Source: an uncultured Spirochaetaceae bacterium (GTDB taxonomy: Bacteria > Spirochaetota > Spirochaetia > Treponematales > Treponemataceae). Taken from it: a stretch of 58,626 nt of DNA. Shown here in pieces: positions 38,286-48,365 of the stretch. The stretch is from the NCBI GenBank assembly GCA_902772975.1, contig CACYCX010000116.1:1-58626 (forward strand), read 5' to 3'. Both the position numbers and the translations under genes were made by a program. The notes below the pieces were generated by a model that did not search any database, was not told where the DNA came from, and worked only from the letters and a program-made list of their open reading frames with translations. How positions within the stretch are numbered: position 1 is the stretch's first letter; each line of letters starts with the position of its first letter.

Positions 38286-41021
38286 TTATGAAACAAGCTC
38301 GTCGAGCAGCCTGTAGATTCCTTCTACATCAATATTTGCTACTGCGTCTTTTAGTGCTTCAGCTGCTGCCTTTTTATTTTCAGGGAAGCTGAATTTAGAC
38401 ATTTCCTCGTAAATCTTATCAACTGTATCAGTATCAAGATTGTCGTTCGCTTCCTTCATCCTGGAAGCAAAATCCTTTAACTGCTCGGCGGTAATCTCCT
38501 GCTTTGGTTCATTCTGAACTTTTTCGGCGCAGTAATTACGCAGAATTGGAATGTAGGAAAGATATTTTTCCAGGAGAGCAGGAGTTTTTTCGTGGATGAG
38601 CGCGGCATCTTCCTCATTGCCGGCCTGTTCCATTCTAGCGGCAAGCTCCGAAAGCTCTGTGGCACCAATCTGTCTTGAAGAACTTTTAAGTGCATGAACT
38701 TCGATTGTATATGATTTCCAGTTTTCTGCTTTTTCGTATTCCTTAATCAAATCGAATTTTTTGGGTATTACGCGGTAATAATCCTTGAGTACCGTCCAGA
38801 AAAGATTTTCGGTGCCAAGCATTTTGATGGCGCCTTCTATGTCTAAATCGCCTACTTTCGGGAGCGCTTTAACTTCTGGAACTTGCTGGATGTCGAGAGC
38901 GCTCTTGCTGCTGGGCGGTGGAAGCGAATTTTCTGAATTGGCAATGATTTTTTCCGGCGGAAGCCACTGCCTTACTTTTTCGACAATCGTTTTGACTTCG
39001 ATAGGCTTTGCTACAAAGTCATTCAGTCCGGCTTCCAGGAACTTTTCGCGGACATTGCCGAGCGCGTTTGCGGTAAGCGCGATAATAGGAACTGATTTGT
39101 AATCCGGGTTTTCGCGGATATGCTGTGTTGTTTCGATGCCGTCCATTTCCGGCATCATGTGATCCATAAAGATAATGTCGTACTTGTTTTCTTTTGTTTT
39201 TTGAACCGCAATCTTTCCGCTTTGAACGCAGGTGATTTTCATTTTGAGCGGCTCAAGAAGACCTTCTGTAACGGTAAGGTTTACGGAATTGTCGTCTACA
39301 ACAAGAATCTGCGCTTCCGGTGCCGTAAATGTAAAGTTCTCCTCGACTGTATTTTCTTCTTCCGGTATGTATTCTGCGATATCTTCCTTGTTGAAAATGT
39401 TTGCAAAATTCAAAATCGAAACAGGCTTTTTCATGATGTGGAGGTTCTTAAGCGTGCGGTTAACGCTGTCATAAAAATCTACGAGAACCGTTGCATTAAT
39501 TGCCGGGAAATCAGTCAGCTCCTGTTCAATCTGCTTTGAATAAACTGATTCATTCATAAACAGATAAATCGTTCTTCCGTGGGATTGCTTTAAAATTGAA
39601 TTCAAGCTTCCGCGGATTGATTTTAAATCTGATTTTAAATGGGCAAAAGCTATATGAAGCAGGCGGCAGTCCTGACTGAATTGCTCCTGTGCGATTTTTC
39701 TTGAAAAAAAGCCGATTGCAATAATCGATTTTGGATTTCGAATTGAAACGCTTGGGGTAAAATCTTTTACAGGCTGCTGGATTGAAAAATAAAATTTACT
39801 TCCGATTCCAAATTCACTTTCAACCCAGATGTTTCCGTCCATGAGCTTAACAAGCTGCTTTGTAATTGAAAGTCCGAGGCCTGTTCCTTCAACATTTCGG
39901 TTACGCTTACTGTCAACCTGCTGGAACGAATTGAAAATTATTTCAAGGTCCTTTTTCTTAATTCCGATACCCGTATCTTCAACGCAAACCGTAAGGAGAA
40001 CCGTATTGTCTGATATTTTTTCGCTTCCTACAGAAAGCTTTACCATTCCCTGATTTGTAAATTTGGCCGCGTTGTTCAGAAGGTTTATGAGAATCTGCCT
40101 GATGCGTGTCGTGTCGCCGATTAATTTTAATGGAATATTCGGATCAATATCCAGAATCAAGAGAACGTCTTTTTCAACAAGACGCGTCATGATGATGTTT
40201 CCGATATCGTTAAAAAGAGAAAGCGGCTCATATACTTCCGGGATAAGCTCCATCTTGCCCGATTCCATTTTAGAGAAGTCGAGGATATCGTTTATGATAT
40301 TCAAAAGAGCGCGGCCTGATTCCTTAATCTGCGTAATATAATTTTTTGCGTTTTCAGAAAGATTTTCGCGTAAGGCAAGCTCTGCCATTCCGATTACGGC
40401 ATTCATCGGCGTTCGGATTTCGTGGCTCATGTTGGCAAAGAAATTTGTTTTAATCGTGGCCGCGTGTTCAATTTCCTTGGACGCGATAATTGCCTGATGC
40501 TTTTCGTACGCCATATCAGAAACAGTAGATGCAATCGTAGAAAGCAAATCGGCAAATTTAGTAACTTTGTCTTCAGGAAAAGTCGGAATTAACTGGGCAT
40601 ATTCCCAAAGCTGATCGGAATTAAGCCCGAGCGCAGTTGCAACTCCCTTGATGTCAGATTCATTCGGTGGTGCAGTCAGAACCTGTCCGCCGCCAAGACA
40701 TCCGATAAGGACACCGTCAGCAATAATCGGAGCCACAAAGTCCACAAGACCGGCATGGCATATGTAAGAAGTTGTCTCACCGCCCTGCAATATTTTTTGA
40801 GCAGCATTCAGATTACAAAGCTCGCAGCGATGATTTCCTTCGGGAGTGCTCCGGATATAGCTGCAGAATTTAGACTGATGCGAGGGAGTCGTTACATGGA
40901 TACCGTTTTCGTCGGAAGTTCCCGTACTCATTCCGGTCGCATTGGAGAATGAATCCTGAATTTGCTGCAGATAATTTACAGGGATTAAATCTGTAATCTT
41001 GAGCTTGTCGTCTTTTACCAT
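38286..41021 (-). CDS. Hybrid histidine kinase (PocR sensor, HisKA, HATPase, REC, HPt)
   Basis: QDSFSNATG..FC...C...CHAGLVD (PocR), NMSHEIRTPMN, NAAKFT, GTGLGL, FMDHMMP, VHALKSSS. Confidence 0.92.
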   Translation of the reverse strand: MVKDDKLKITDLIPVNYLQQIQDSFSNATGMSTGTSDENGIHVTTPSHQSKFCSYIRSTPEGNHRCELCNLNAAQKILQGGETTSYICHAGLVDFVAPIIADGVLIGCLGGGQVLTAPPNESDIKGVATALGLNSDQLWEYAQLIPTFPEDKVTKFADLLSTIASTVSDMAYEKHQAIIASKEIEHAATIKTNFFANMSHEIRTPMNAVIGMAELALRENLSENAKNYITQIKESGRALLNIINDILDFSKMESGKMELIPEVYEPLSLFNDIGNIIMTRLVEKDVLLILDIDPNIPLKLIGDTTRIRQILINLLNNAAKFTNQGMVKLSVGSEKISDNTVLLTVCVEDTGIGIKKKDLEIIFNSFQQVDSKRNRNVEGTGLGLSITKQLVKLMDGNIWVESEFGIGSKFYFSIQQPVKDFTPSVSIRNPKSIIAIGFFSRKIAQEQFSQDCRLLHIAFAHLKSDLKSIRGSLNSILKQSHGRTIYLFMNESVYSKQIEQELTDFPAINATVLVDFYDSVNRTLKNLHIMKKPVSILNFANIFNKEDIAEYIPEEENTVEENFTFTAPEAQILVVDDNSVNLTVTEGLLEPLKMKITCVQSGKIAVQKTKENKYDIIFMDHMMPEMDGIETTQHIRENPDYKSVPIIALTANALGNVREKFLEAGLNDFVAKPIEVKTIVEKVRQWLPPEKIIANSENSLPPPSSKSALDIQQVPEVKALPKVGDLDIEGAIKMLGTENLFWTVLKDYYRVIPKKFDLIKEYEKAENWKSYTIEVHALKSSSRQIGATELSELAARMEQAGNEEDAALIHEKTPALLEKYLSYIPILRNYCAEKVQNEPKQEITAEQLKDFASRMKEANDNLDTDTVDKIYEEMSKFSFPENKKAAAEALKDAVANIDVEGIYRLLDELVS

Positions 41022-41028
41022 GCTGCTT

Positions 41029-41808
41029 TTAGTTGATTGCTTTGTCTATCGCTGCAATAAGCTTTTCTTTATCGATTGGCTTAAGTACATATCCTTGAGG
41101 ATTAAGCTGAATTACAGATTTGATTTTTTCCTTATCGTTTACGCCTGTAAGGAATATTACCGGAAGGTCCTTGTGATTTTCTGATTCGCGGATTGCACGA
41201 AGTACAAACGGACCGCTCATTTCAGGCATTTCGTAATCAAGGAGAACTAAATCTACATCTTTTGTTTCAAGGAATTTAAGGGCAACGCTTCCGCTTGGAG
41301 CTGCTGCAATTTCATAAATTTCACTGAGCTGTTCCTTTATCAGGCGGAGCATAAGCGGATCGTCATCAACAACGAGAACGCGTTTTTTATCAGGCTTTAC
41401 AGCATCTGCCGTAAGATCATTTGCCGGATTATGATTTTCGCGCTCGTCGATTCTTTTTTTGAGACGGTCAAGAATTTCGTCTTCAGTAACAGGCTTTCTG
41501 AGCTCAAGGTCAGAGGCAAAAGGAAGAAGTCGCTCAATTTTATCACAGTCATCGCCGGAACCTGTTATTGTGAACATTATCTTTTTGTCAAAGCACAGCT
41601 GACGCAATGTAGCAATTACAACCAGATCATCTTCTGATTCAGTTGACATGCAGTATACAAGCGCCTTTGGCATAATCAGATTGATGTGGTTTGTAATATC
41701 TGATGCGTTTGTAGAGCAGGAAAGCGCTTCAAAATCATTTTCGCCTTTCTGAATCAGTTCCTTAATAAGACCTTTGTTTCGTCCTATGTATAAAATCCTG
41801 TACTTCAT
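41029..41808 (-). CDS. Response regulator (degenerate N-terminal receiver plus intact C-terminal receiver)
   Basis: VLVVDDD, LLDYEMP, IFLT, YVLKP; no DNA-binding domain seen. Confidence 0.85.
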   Translation of the reverse strand: MKYRILYIGRNKGLIKELIQKGENDFEALSCSTNASDITNHINLIMPKALVYCMSTESEDDLVVIATLRQLCFDKKIMFTITGSGDDCDKIERLLPFASDLELRKPVTEDEILDRLKKRIDERENHNPANDLTADAVKPDKKRVLVVDDDPLMLRLIKEQLSEIYEIAAAPSGSVALKFLETKDVDLVLLDYEMPEMSGPFVLRAIRESENHKDLPVIFLTGVNDKEKIKSVIQLNPQGYVLKPIDKEKLIAAIDKAIN

Positions 41809-41881
41809 TTTGATTGAGCCTCGTCTCCGTACAATTGAATAGCGCTTAAGATTTTATTCACTATTCTTGTTTATCCTTAAA

Positions 41882-43885
41882 TTATATTACAGTTTCCAAA
41901 AAAAGCAAGAAATCCCAATCGTTAATAGAAAAATTTGTTCCTTTTGGAGCATCCTTTCCTGAAATAAGTTCGCGGGCATTTTCAAACGGAACTGTAAAAT
42001 TTGCCTTCTTCGAAGAATAATTGAACACATAATGGAGCGCCTGGCCTTTTTGATTTTTGCCGCTTCGCATTATTATAGGGAAGCTGAATTCAGGCGTTTG
42101 GATTCCCGCTGAAGAAAGCGCATCGAAAAGAAATTTCCGTAGGGCATTTTTTGAGGTGTAGGCGCCAAAATAATATGCCGTTCCTTTTTTGTATTTATTT
42201 TTTGTGACGGCGGCATACCGCGACCAGTATTTATGCTCATAATATGAAAGGGCATTTTCTTCGGAAAGCGGTTCGATAAGCTCGACATAATGCTCAGCCT
42301 TTTCTCCGCAGATTGAAACGCCTTCTGCCTGAGTGATAAGCGTGTAGGATGCGCCAAAGACTTCCGTAAGGTTGTAAGGATGAGAATCAGGCCAAACGGT
42401 GCCTTTTGTGTCTGAATAAAAAGAGCGGAATGTTGAAAAAAGCGTGCCGCCGTCTTCCACATATTTTTTGAAGGCGGCTGTATTTTCTTCTGAAATGCAA
42501 TAGAGCGCAGGCGTAATGACAAGCTTGTATTTTGAAAGAAGTTTGCCTTGCTGTGTAGAATCAGAAATTGCGTTCACATCGATTATGTCACATTCGACAT
42601 TCATTTCGTAAAGCGTATCGTAGACCCAGCGTACGACATCATTGTAATTAAAATCCTTGTCCATCGGAAAATAATCGAGCGCACTCAGCGAATCATTATC
42701 AACAACGATCGCAACGCTGTTTGATTTTTCGAGGTTAATTATCGTATCGCATAATTTGGAAAATTCATTCCCGATTTTTTTTGCCTCGCCGTAAATCGCG
42801 CCGGGCATCAGGTCGTGTCCAAGAACGCCCTTCCAGTAAGTTTCAAAGCTGTTGTGAATCGAGTGCCAGTTCCAGTACATAAGACCGTTTGCACCATTTG
42901 CAAGATGACTGAATGCCTGAAGCCTGAGCTGTCCCGGAAACGGAGTCCATTCCTTAAAGCCCTGCGCTTCTGTTTCGAGTACTAAATAATTGGTGCGTTT
43001 TAGCGAGCGCATTAAATCACCGCCGAACGCAATTTCTTTTCCTGTAAGTGAAAATTGTGACGGATGGTAAATATCGCAGCCGGCGACTGTAACAGCATCA
43101 CAGGCGTGTTTGTGATAAATACCTGGCTGAACTCCGTGCGAGTAGCCGCGCCATTCGTAATCAAAGTTGTGAGTGACAAACTGGTCGGGGCGTTTGTATT
43201 CCTCGATGATTTTCCTTTGCCAAATCAGGTAGTCGCCGGCGGATTGGCGAAGAAAGTGCAGATATTCGAGGCGGAGATTATGGTTGATTGTGTTTGAGAT
43301 GTCGGGCATATCGTCCCACGAGCTGATTGAGTTGCTCCAGTAGGCGAGCGTGAATGCCCGGCTGAAATTTTCCGGTGAATTATATTTTTGTTTTAAATAT
43401 TCAACGAATTTTTCCTGCGCATATTTTCCGTAATTGTCGTAGTGTTTTGTTTCGTTATCAAGCTGGAAACCGATTACGCATTTTCTTCCGGCGGTATGTT
43501 CAGCGAGCTTTCGGACGATGCGTTCGGCATAGCGTAGAAAATCAGGATTGAAAATATCCATGCTCTGACGCGGTCCGTATTTTACCTGGCCGTCTTTATT
43601 GGTGACCATAATCTCCGGAAATTTTTTTACGAGCCATGAAGGAACTGCGTATGTTGGCGTTCCGATAATTACGTTAATCGAATGTTTTTCGGCTGCATCT
43701 AAAACTGCGTCAACATAAGAAAAGTCAAAAACGCCGTCTGACGGTTCTTCGGTGCTCCAGGTCGATTCTGCAATTCTGATTGTGTTCATGCCTGCTTCCT
43801 TCATCAGACGAAGGTCAGTGTCAATCCGATTGTAAGGCATATATTCATTGTAATATGCCGCTCCGAACATTAATTTTTCCTGCAT
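41882..43885 (-). CDS. beta-galactosidase, GH42
   Basis: GAAYYNEY, IRIAESTWS..EP, QLDNE, LETE; trimerisation-domain-like C-terminal half. Confidence 0.9.
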   Translation of the reverse strand: MQEKLMFGAAYYNEYMPYNRIDTDLRLMKEAGMNTIRIAESTWSTEEPSDGVFDFSYVDAVLDAAEKHSINVIIGTPTYAVPSWLVKKFPEIMVTNKDGQVKYGPRQSMDIFNPDFLRYAERIVRKLAEHTAGRKCVIGFQLDNETKHYDNYGKYAQEKFVEYLKQKYNSPENFSRAFTLAYWSNSISSWDDMPDISNTINHNLRLEYLHFLRQSAGDYLIWQRKIIEEYKRPDQFVTHNFDYEWRGYSHGVQPGIYHKHACDAVTVAGCDIYHPSQFSLTGKEIAFGGDLMRSLKRTNYLVLETEAQGFKEWTPFPGQLRLQAFSHLANGANGLMYWNWHSIHNSFETYWKGVLGHDLMPGAIYGEAKKIGNEFSKLCDTIINLEKSNSVAIVVDNDSLSALDYFPMDKDFNYNDVVRWVYDTLYEMNVECDIIDVNAISDSTQQGKLLSKYKLVITPALYCISEENTAAFKKYVEDGGTLFSTFRSFYSDTKGTVWPDSHPYNLTEVFGASYTLITQAEGVSICGEKAEHYVELIEPLSEENALSYYEHKYWSRYAAVTKNKYKKGTAYYFGAYTSKNALRKFLFDALSSAGIQTPEFSFPIIMRSGKNQKGQALHYVFNYSSKKANFTVPFENARELISGKDAPKGTNFSINDWDFLLFLETVI

Positions 43886-43912
43886 GGCCGCCTCGCAATT
43901 TTATGTAAAATT

Positions 43913-45589
43913 CTAGATTTCAAAATTAGAAATCTGTTCGATTAATTTAAACGGTGTGAGTGCAAAATTGTTTTTAATTTTCCGTGAAGCAAGTGCATGG
44001 CAGAGTGAGGCATTGATTGCGGCACGGAGCGGCTCCTGGTTTTGTGCAAGGAGCGCGGCGCATAATCCTGAAAGTACATCACCGCTTCCGGCTTTGGAAA
44101 GCGCATTTGTTCCGAATTGATTTATGAAAATCTGCGTTCCAGTCTGGAAGCGGCTTTCGGCGATGCGCTGGTTGTTCTGAAGCATTTTTGATGCTATGAG
44201 CACGTTTGCGCCTTTGAGGATTAAGGTCGTGTTTGGGAACGCTTCGCAGAATTTTTTTACAAGCTCAATTCTGTTTGAAACGATTTCCTGAACTGAATAT
44301 TTTCCGAGTCCGCAGATTTCAAGAAGTGAAGAAAATTCTTTTGGGTGCGGAGTAAGGATTAATTTCTGCTTTATGGAGCCGCCGGAATTCCTGCTTGAAA
44401 TTTTGTCTGAATTATCGGAGGCGTTTTTTAAAAGCTCAGTTATTTCCTTGTAATAAAAAATATCTGCATCAAGGACTGCGCTTACATTTGGATTCTGTAA
44501 AAGGAAATTTATAAACTGAATGCCCTGTTCTGTGTTCCTTCCAAGTCCGGGGCCAAGTATTAATGTGTTTGCATTTTCTGGAATTGAATCTGCGCTCATC
44601 AATTCAGGCGGAATCGAAGAACAAAAATTATTCTGAAAATGATTTTGCGCTGGAGCGTCCTTTTGCGAAGCTACTACACTAACAAGCCCGCATCCAAAGT
44701 TCAAAGCTGCCGTACCTGCAATTAACGCCGCGCCGTTTTTCTCACCGGCAATTACTGCAACATGCCCGAATGTTCCTTTGTGAACGCAATTAAGTTTTCG
44801 TGTCGGGAGTATCAAATCGCTTTCGTTTAAAAGATACGCCTCCGGAGACAGCGCTTCAGAGCATCCCGCCTCCTGCAAACATCCAAACTCCTTCGAGCAT
44901 CCCGCCTCCTCTGTATATTCCGCCGCTTTCATATCAGCAGACTGAATTACCGTTCCGGCTCCTTCAAAAACCGCGCGGCTTATTCCCAGATCAGCGACAA
45001 TAATTTTTCCGCATATATCTTTTGCTTCATCGCCAAAAAGGCATGTTTTGAGCGCGCCCATCGTGACCGTAATATCAGCATTGAATTTTAGACCGCTCGG
45101 AATGTCACATGCGATTTTTCTGGCAGAGTCAATCTTATTCACTTCCTGAATAGCTGCGGCGGCTTCAGGGGGGAGCGTTCCGTGAAAGCCGCTTCCGAAA
45201 ATGCAGTCGCAGATTATTTTTAAGTCAAAGCTTTTTTCTTCGATGTAAGAATCGAGGCTGTAAATATCGATAAACTGAACGCCTGTTTTTTTTGTGCGTT
45301 CTGCCTGAATGATGCACATCTGACTTTTTGGTTCAAGCACCTGACATACTGTAACAGAAAGCTCATGCGACTGCAGCCTTCTTGCAAGTGCGTAACCGTC
45401 TGCACCATTATTTCCGCTTCCTGCAAGGATAAGTGCGGCCGGGCGGTTTATGTAATTTTTTTCCTGTTCAAAAAAACATTCTTTTTCGAGAGCCGCCGCA
45501 GCGTTTTCCATCATTATGTCTTCGGAAAGATTAAAGGCCTTGCGTGCAATTTTATCAAGGGCGCGTGTGTCAGAAAAAACCTGTTCCAT
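43913..45589 (-). CDS. nnr: Bifunctional NAD(P)H-hydrate epimerase/dehydratase
   Basis: MMENAA, GSGNNGADG, DIPSG, HKGTFG, GPGLG, LTPHPKEF, AGSGDVLSG. Confidence 0.93.
   Translation of the reverse strand: MEQVFSDTRALDKIARKAFNLSEDIMMENAAAALEKECFFEQEKNYINRPAALILAGSGNNGADGYALARRLQSHELSVTVCQVLEPKSQMCIIQAERTKKTGVQFIDIYSLDSYIEEKSFDLKIICDCIFGSGFHGTLPPEAAAAIQEVNKIDSARKIACDIPSGLKFNADITVTMGALKTCLFGDEAKDICGKIIVADLGISRAVFEGAGTVIQSADMKAAEYTEEAGCSKEFGCLQEAGCSEALSPEAYLLNESDLILPTRKLNCVHKGTFGHVAVIAGEKNGAALIAGTAALNFGCGLVSVVASQKDAPAQNHFQNNFCSSIPPELMSADSIPENANTLILGPGLGRNTEQGIQFINFLLQNPNVSAVLDADIFYYKEITELLKNASDNSDKISSRNSGGSIKQKLILTPHPKEFSSLLEICGLGKYSVQEIVSNRIELVKKFCEAFPNTTLILKGANVLIASKMLQNNQRIAESRFQTGTQIFINQFGTNALSKAGSGDVLSGLCAALLAQNQEPLRAAINASLCHALASRKIKNNFALTPFKLIEQISNFEI
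44857..44928. repeat. 18-bp in-frame tandem repeat (3-4 units) in the nnr linker
   Basis: cagagcatcccgcctcct / gcaaacatccaaactcct / tcgagcatcccgcctcct / ctgtatattccgccgctt, encoding EEAGCS-KEFGCL-QEAGCS. Confidence 0.7.
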
Positions 45590-45608
45590 GAATTAGATTA
45601 TAAAGCAT

Positions 45609-47450
45609 CTATATTGGCTTGTACATTGCTTCACGGATTACTGAAATTATTTCGTCGCCCATCTTTTGTGCTTTTGCTTCACCGATGCCGTGAACGGCTA
45701 AAAGAGCGCCGCGAGTTGTCGGTTTTTTTAATGCAAGGTCAGATAACGTTTTGTCGCCGAAAATTATGTAAGGCGGTAAATTTAATTCTTCTGCCTTGTG
45801 CTTTCGCCATACGCGTAATGATGCTTCGATTGCAATTGTCCTTGGGTCACTTGCGAGCGGCGCGGGGCGTGATTTGGGAAGTGACTTTGAATACGAGCCT
45901 TGGCCGCCGGCAAAATCAATTTGTACATCAAGCTCGATTTTGTCACGCGTTGTAAGGAGTTCACGTCCGAATGAAGTTACATTGAGCACATTGTATTCAC
46001 CAACCTGCCGTATGATTCCTGCATCAAGCATTGCGTTTGCAAGCTCGTACCATGCGTCTTTTTTTAATTCCTTTCCGATCCCGTAAGTTGAAAGCGAATC
46101 GTGACCGTTGTCCAAAATGCGCTGGCTTTTTGATCCGAGCAGAATGTCAATCAGGTAAGTAATTCCGTAACGCTCGTCAGTTCTGTAAATGCATGACATA
46201 AGCTTTTGCGCCGGAATCGTAACGTCTGTAAGCTTTGGTCCGCTCATGCAGATATCGCAGCAGCATTCGGGCGGAACATTTTTTGCTGAATAGGACTCGC
46301 CAAAATATTTTAGAAGCGCGGCTCTCCTGCATTTTCTTGATGAAGCGTAATCTATCATTCCCTGAAGAAGCTTTTCGGCTTTGGAAGAGTCTGCGCTTTC
46401 GTCAAAGAAATATCTGATTTTCCTTATGTCAGCCGGACTGTAAAAAAGAAGCGCCTCTGCCTTGTTCCCGTCACGGCCGGCCCGTCCGATTTCCTGATAA
46501 TACTGCTCAAGCGATTTTGGTAAATCGTAATGAATTACAAAGCGTACGTTCGGCTTGTTGATTCCCATTCCGAATGCAACTGTTGCTACCATTACATCAA
46601 CTTTGTCGCGAATAAATTTTGTCTGATTTTCAAAACGCTTTTCATCGGTAAGGCCAGCGTGATAGTTCAATGCGGAAATTTTATTTCGCTTAAGCTCAGC
46701 TGTAAGTTCATCAACCTGCTTTCGTGAAAAGCAATAAATGATTCCGCTCTGCCCGGAATGTTCACGGATAAATTGAATCGTTTTTTCGAGAGTGTTCCGC
46801 TTAGGTAAAACTGAAAGAAAAATATTTTCGCGGTTAAAGCTTGCAACAAGAACTGCCGGCTTTTTTAAATTTAAGTGAGTTATGATGTCTTCGCGAACCT
46901 GCTGTGTTGCGGTTGCTGTAAGTGCAAGGCAGACTGCTTCCGGAAATTCTTCGCGGAACGACGCTATTTCCATATAGTCCGGCCGGAAATCGTGTCCCCA
47001 TTCGCTTATGCAATGTGCTTCGTCAATCGTAATGCAGTTCACGCCAAGCGCGCTTGAATGGAGGATGCTCTTAATCCTGCCTGCCGCCAATCCTTCAGGA
47101 GAAGCGTAAATGATTTTCACTTCACCATTTTTTATTTCTTCTGCGGTCTGGCGGTACTGTTCGGCATCAAGACTTGAGTTCAAGAAAACGGCATTCACTC
47201 CGGCTTCATTCAGCGCGGACACCTGGTCCTGCATCAGCGCAATCAGCGGAGAAACGACAATCGTAATTCCCGGGAAAATCAGCGCCGGAATCTGATAGCA
47301 GAGGCTTTTTCCGCCGCCGGTCGGCATTATGGCAAGCGTGTCTTTTTTGGAAAGGATGTTTGAAATGATTTCTTTTTGTAACGGCCTGAAGCTGTCGTAA
47401 CCGAAAACTTCTTTGAGGATTGACTCGGGTGTCTTGCTTGCTTTCTCCAT
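45609..47450 (-). CDS. recQ: ATP-dependent DNA helicase RecQ
   Basis: MPTGGGKSLCYQ, DEAHCISEWGHDFRP, QEIGRAGRDG, Zn-binding CRR...CCDIC, HRDC tail. Confidence 0.97.
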   Translation of the reverse strand: MEKASKTPESILKEVFGYDSFRPLQKEIISNILSKKDTLAIMPTGGGKSLCYQIPALIFPGITIVVSPLIALMQDQVSALNEAGVNAVFLNSSLDAEQYRQTAEEIKNGEVKIIYASPEGLAAGRIKSILHSSALGVNCITIDEAHCISEWGHDFRPDYMEIASFREEFPEAVCLALTATATQQVREDIITHLNLKKPAVLVASFNRENIFLSVLPKRNTLEKTIQFIREHSGQSGIIYCFSRKQVDELTAELKRNKISALNYHAGLTDEKRFENQTKFIRDKVDVMVATVAFGMGINKPNVRFVIHYDLPKSLEQYYQEIGRAGRDGNKAEALLFYSPADIRKIRYFFDESADSSKAEKLLQGMIDYASSRKCRRAALLKYFGESYSAKNVPPECCCDICMSGPKLTDVTIPAQKLMSCIYRTDERYGITYLIDILLGSKSQRILDNGHDSLSTYGIGKELKKDAWYELANAMLDAGIIRQVGEYNVLNVTSFGRELLTTRDKIELDVQIDFAGGQGSYSKSLPKSRPAPLASDPRTIAIEASLRVWRKHKAEELNLPPYIIFGDKTLSDLALKKPTTRGALLAVHGIGEAKAQKMGDEIISVIREAMYKPI

Positions 47451-47607
47451 AAAATGATTATATTCAAAATCGGGCTGCGTGAATAGGACGCGAGAATTTG
47501 AATATGAATTGGACAGCGCAAATCAATTCAATAATTGTTTTCTTTTTTAATCAACTATATTGAAGTGAACGGCGATTTTATGGATAATTAAGCAACATAA
47601 TTTTATC

Positions 47608-48339
47608 ATGGAGTCGCAAATAAATATGAAATCAGTTTCATTGAGTTCAGAACTTAAATCAACATCTTATCCGGGACGCGGAATCGTACTTGGAAAATCA
47701 AAGGACGGAAAGTTTGCCGTAGCAGCTTATTTTATTATGGGAAGAAGCGAAAACAGCCGCAACAGAGTTTTTGTTGAAGAGGGTGAAGGAATCCGTACTC
47801 AGGCTTTTGATCCGTCAAAGATGAAAGACCCGAGCCTTATTATTTACGCTCCTGTAAGGGTTCTCGATAATAAGACAATCGTAACAAACGGTGATCAGAC
47901 AGATACGATTTATGACGGAATGAAAAAAGGACTCACTTTTGAACAGTCACTTCGTTCAAGGGAATTTGAACCTGATGAACCGAACTTTACGCCGCGCATT
48001 TCAGGACTCATGGAATTTGAAAACGGAAAGTACAACTACTCAATGTCAATTTTAAAAAGCGACAACGGAAATAAAGAAAGCTGCAACCGTTTTACTTTTT
48101 CATATGAAAATCCTGCATGCGGAAAAGGCCGCTTTATTCATACTTATATGGGCGACGGAAATCCTCTTCCGAGCTTTGAAGGTGAACCAGTGCTTGTAGA
48201 TATCGAAGGAACAATTGATGAGTTTACAAACACAGTATGGACTTCACTCAATGAGGACAACAAGGTTTCGCTTTTCGTACGCTTTATTGAAATTGCGACA
48301 GGAAAGAAAGAAACAAGAATCGTAAACAAAAATAAGTAA
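47608..48339 (+). CDS. IMP cyclohydrolase-like protein (PurO-like)
   Basis: YPGRGIVLG, YFIMGRSENSRNR, TNGDQTD, FEPDEPNFTPRISG, IHTY; start may be 47626. Confidence 0.85.
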   Translation: MESQINMKSVSLSSELKSTSYPGRGIVLGKSKDGKFAVAAYFIMGRSENSRNRVFVEEGEGIRTQAFDPSKMKDPSLIIYAPVRVLDNKTIVTNGDQTDTIYDGMKKGLTFEQSLRSREFEPDEPNFTPRISGLMEFENGKYNYSMSILKSDNGNKESCNRFTFSYENPACGKGRFIHTYMGDGNPLPSFEGEPVLVDIEGTIDEFTNTVWTSLNEDNKVSLFVRFIEIATGKKETRIVNKNK

Positions 48340-48365
48340 GCTTAATGTTTGAAGGGCGCTGTCGA

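Noticed and set aside
47451-47607. ZTP or purine riboswitch upstream of the IMP cyclohydrolase-like gene
   Set aside because: AT-rich inverted repeats are present but none of the conserved riboswitch motifs
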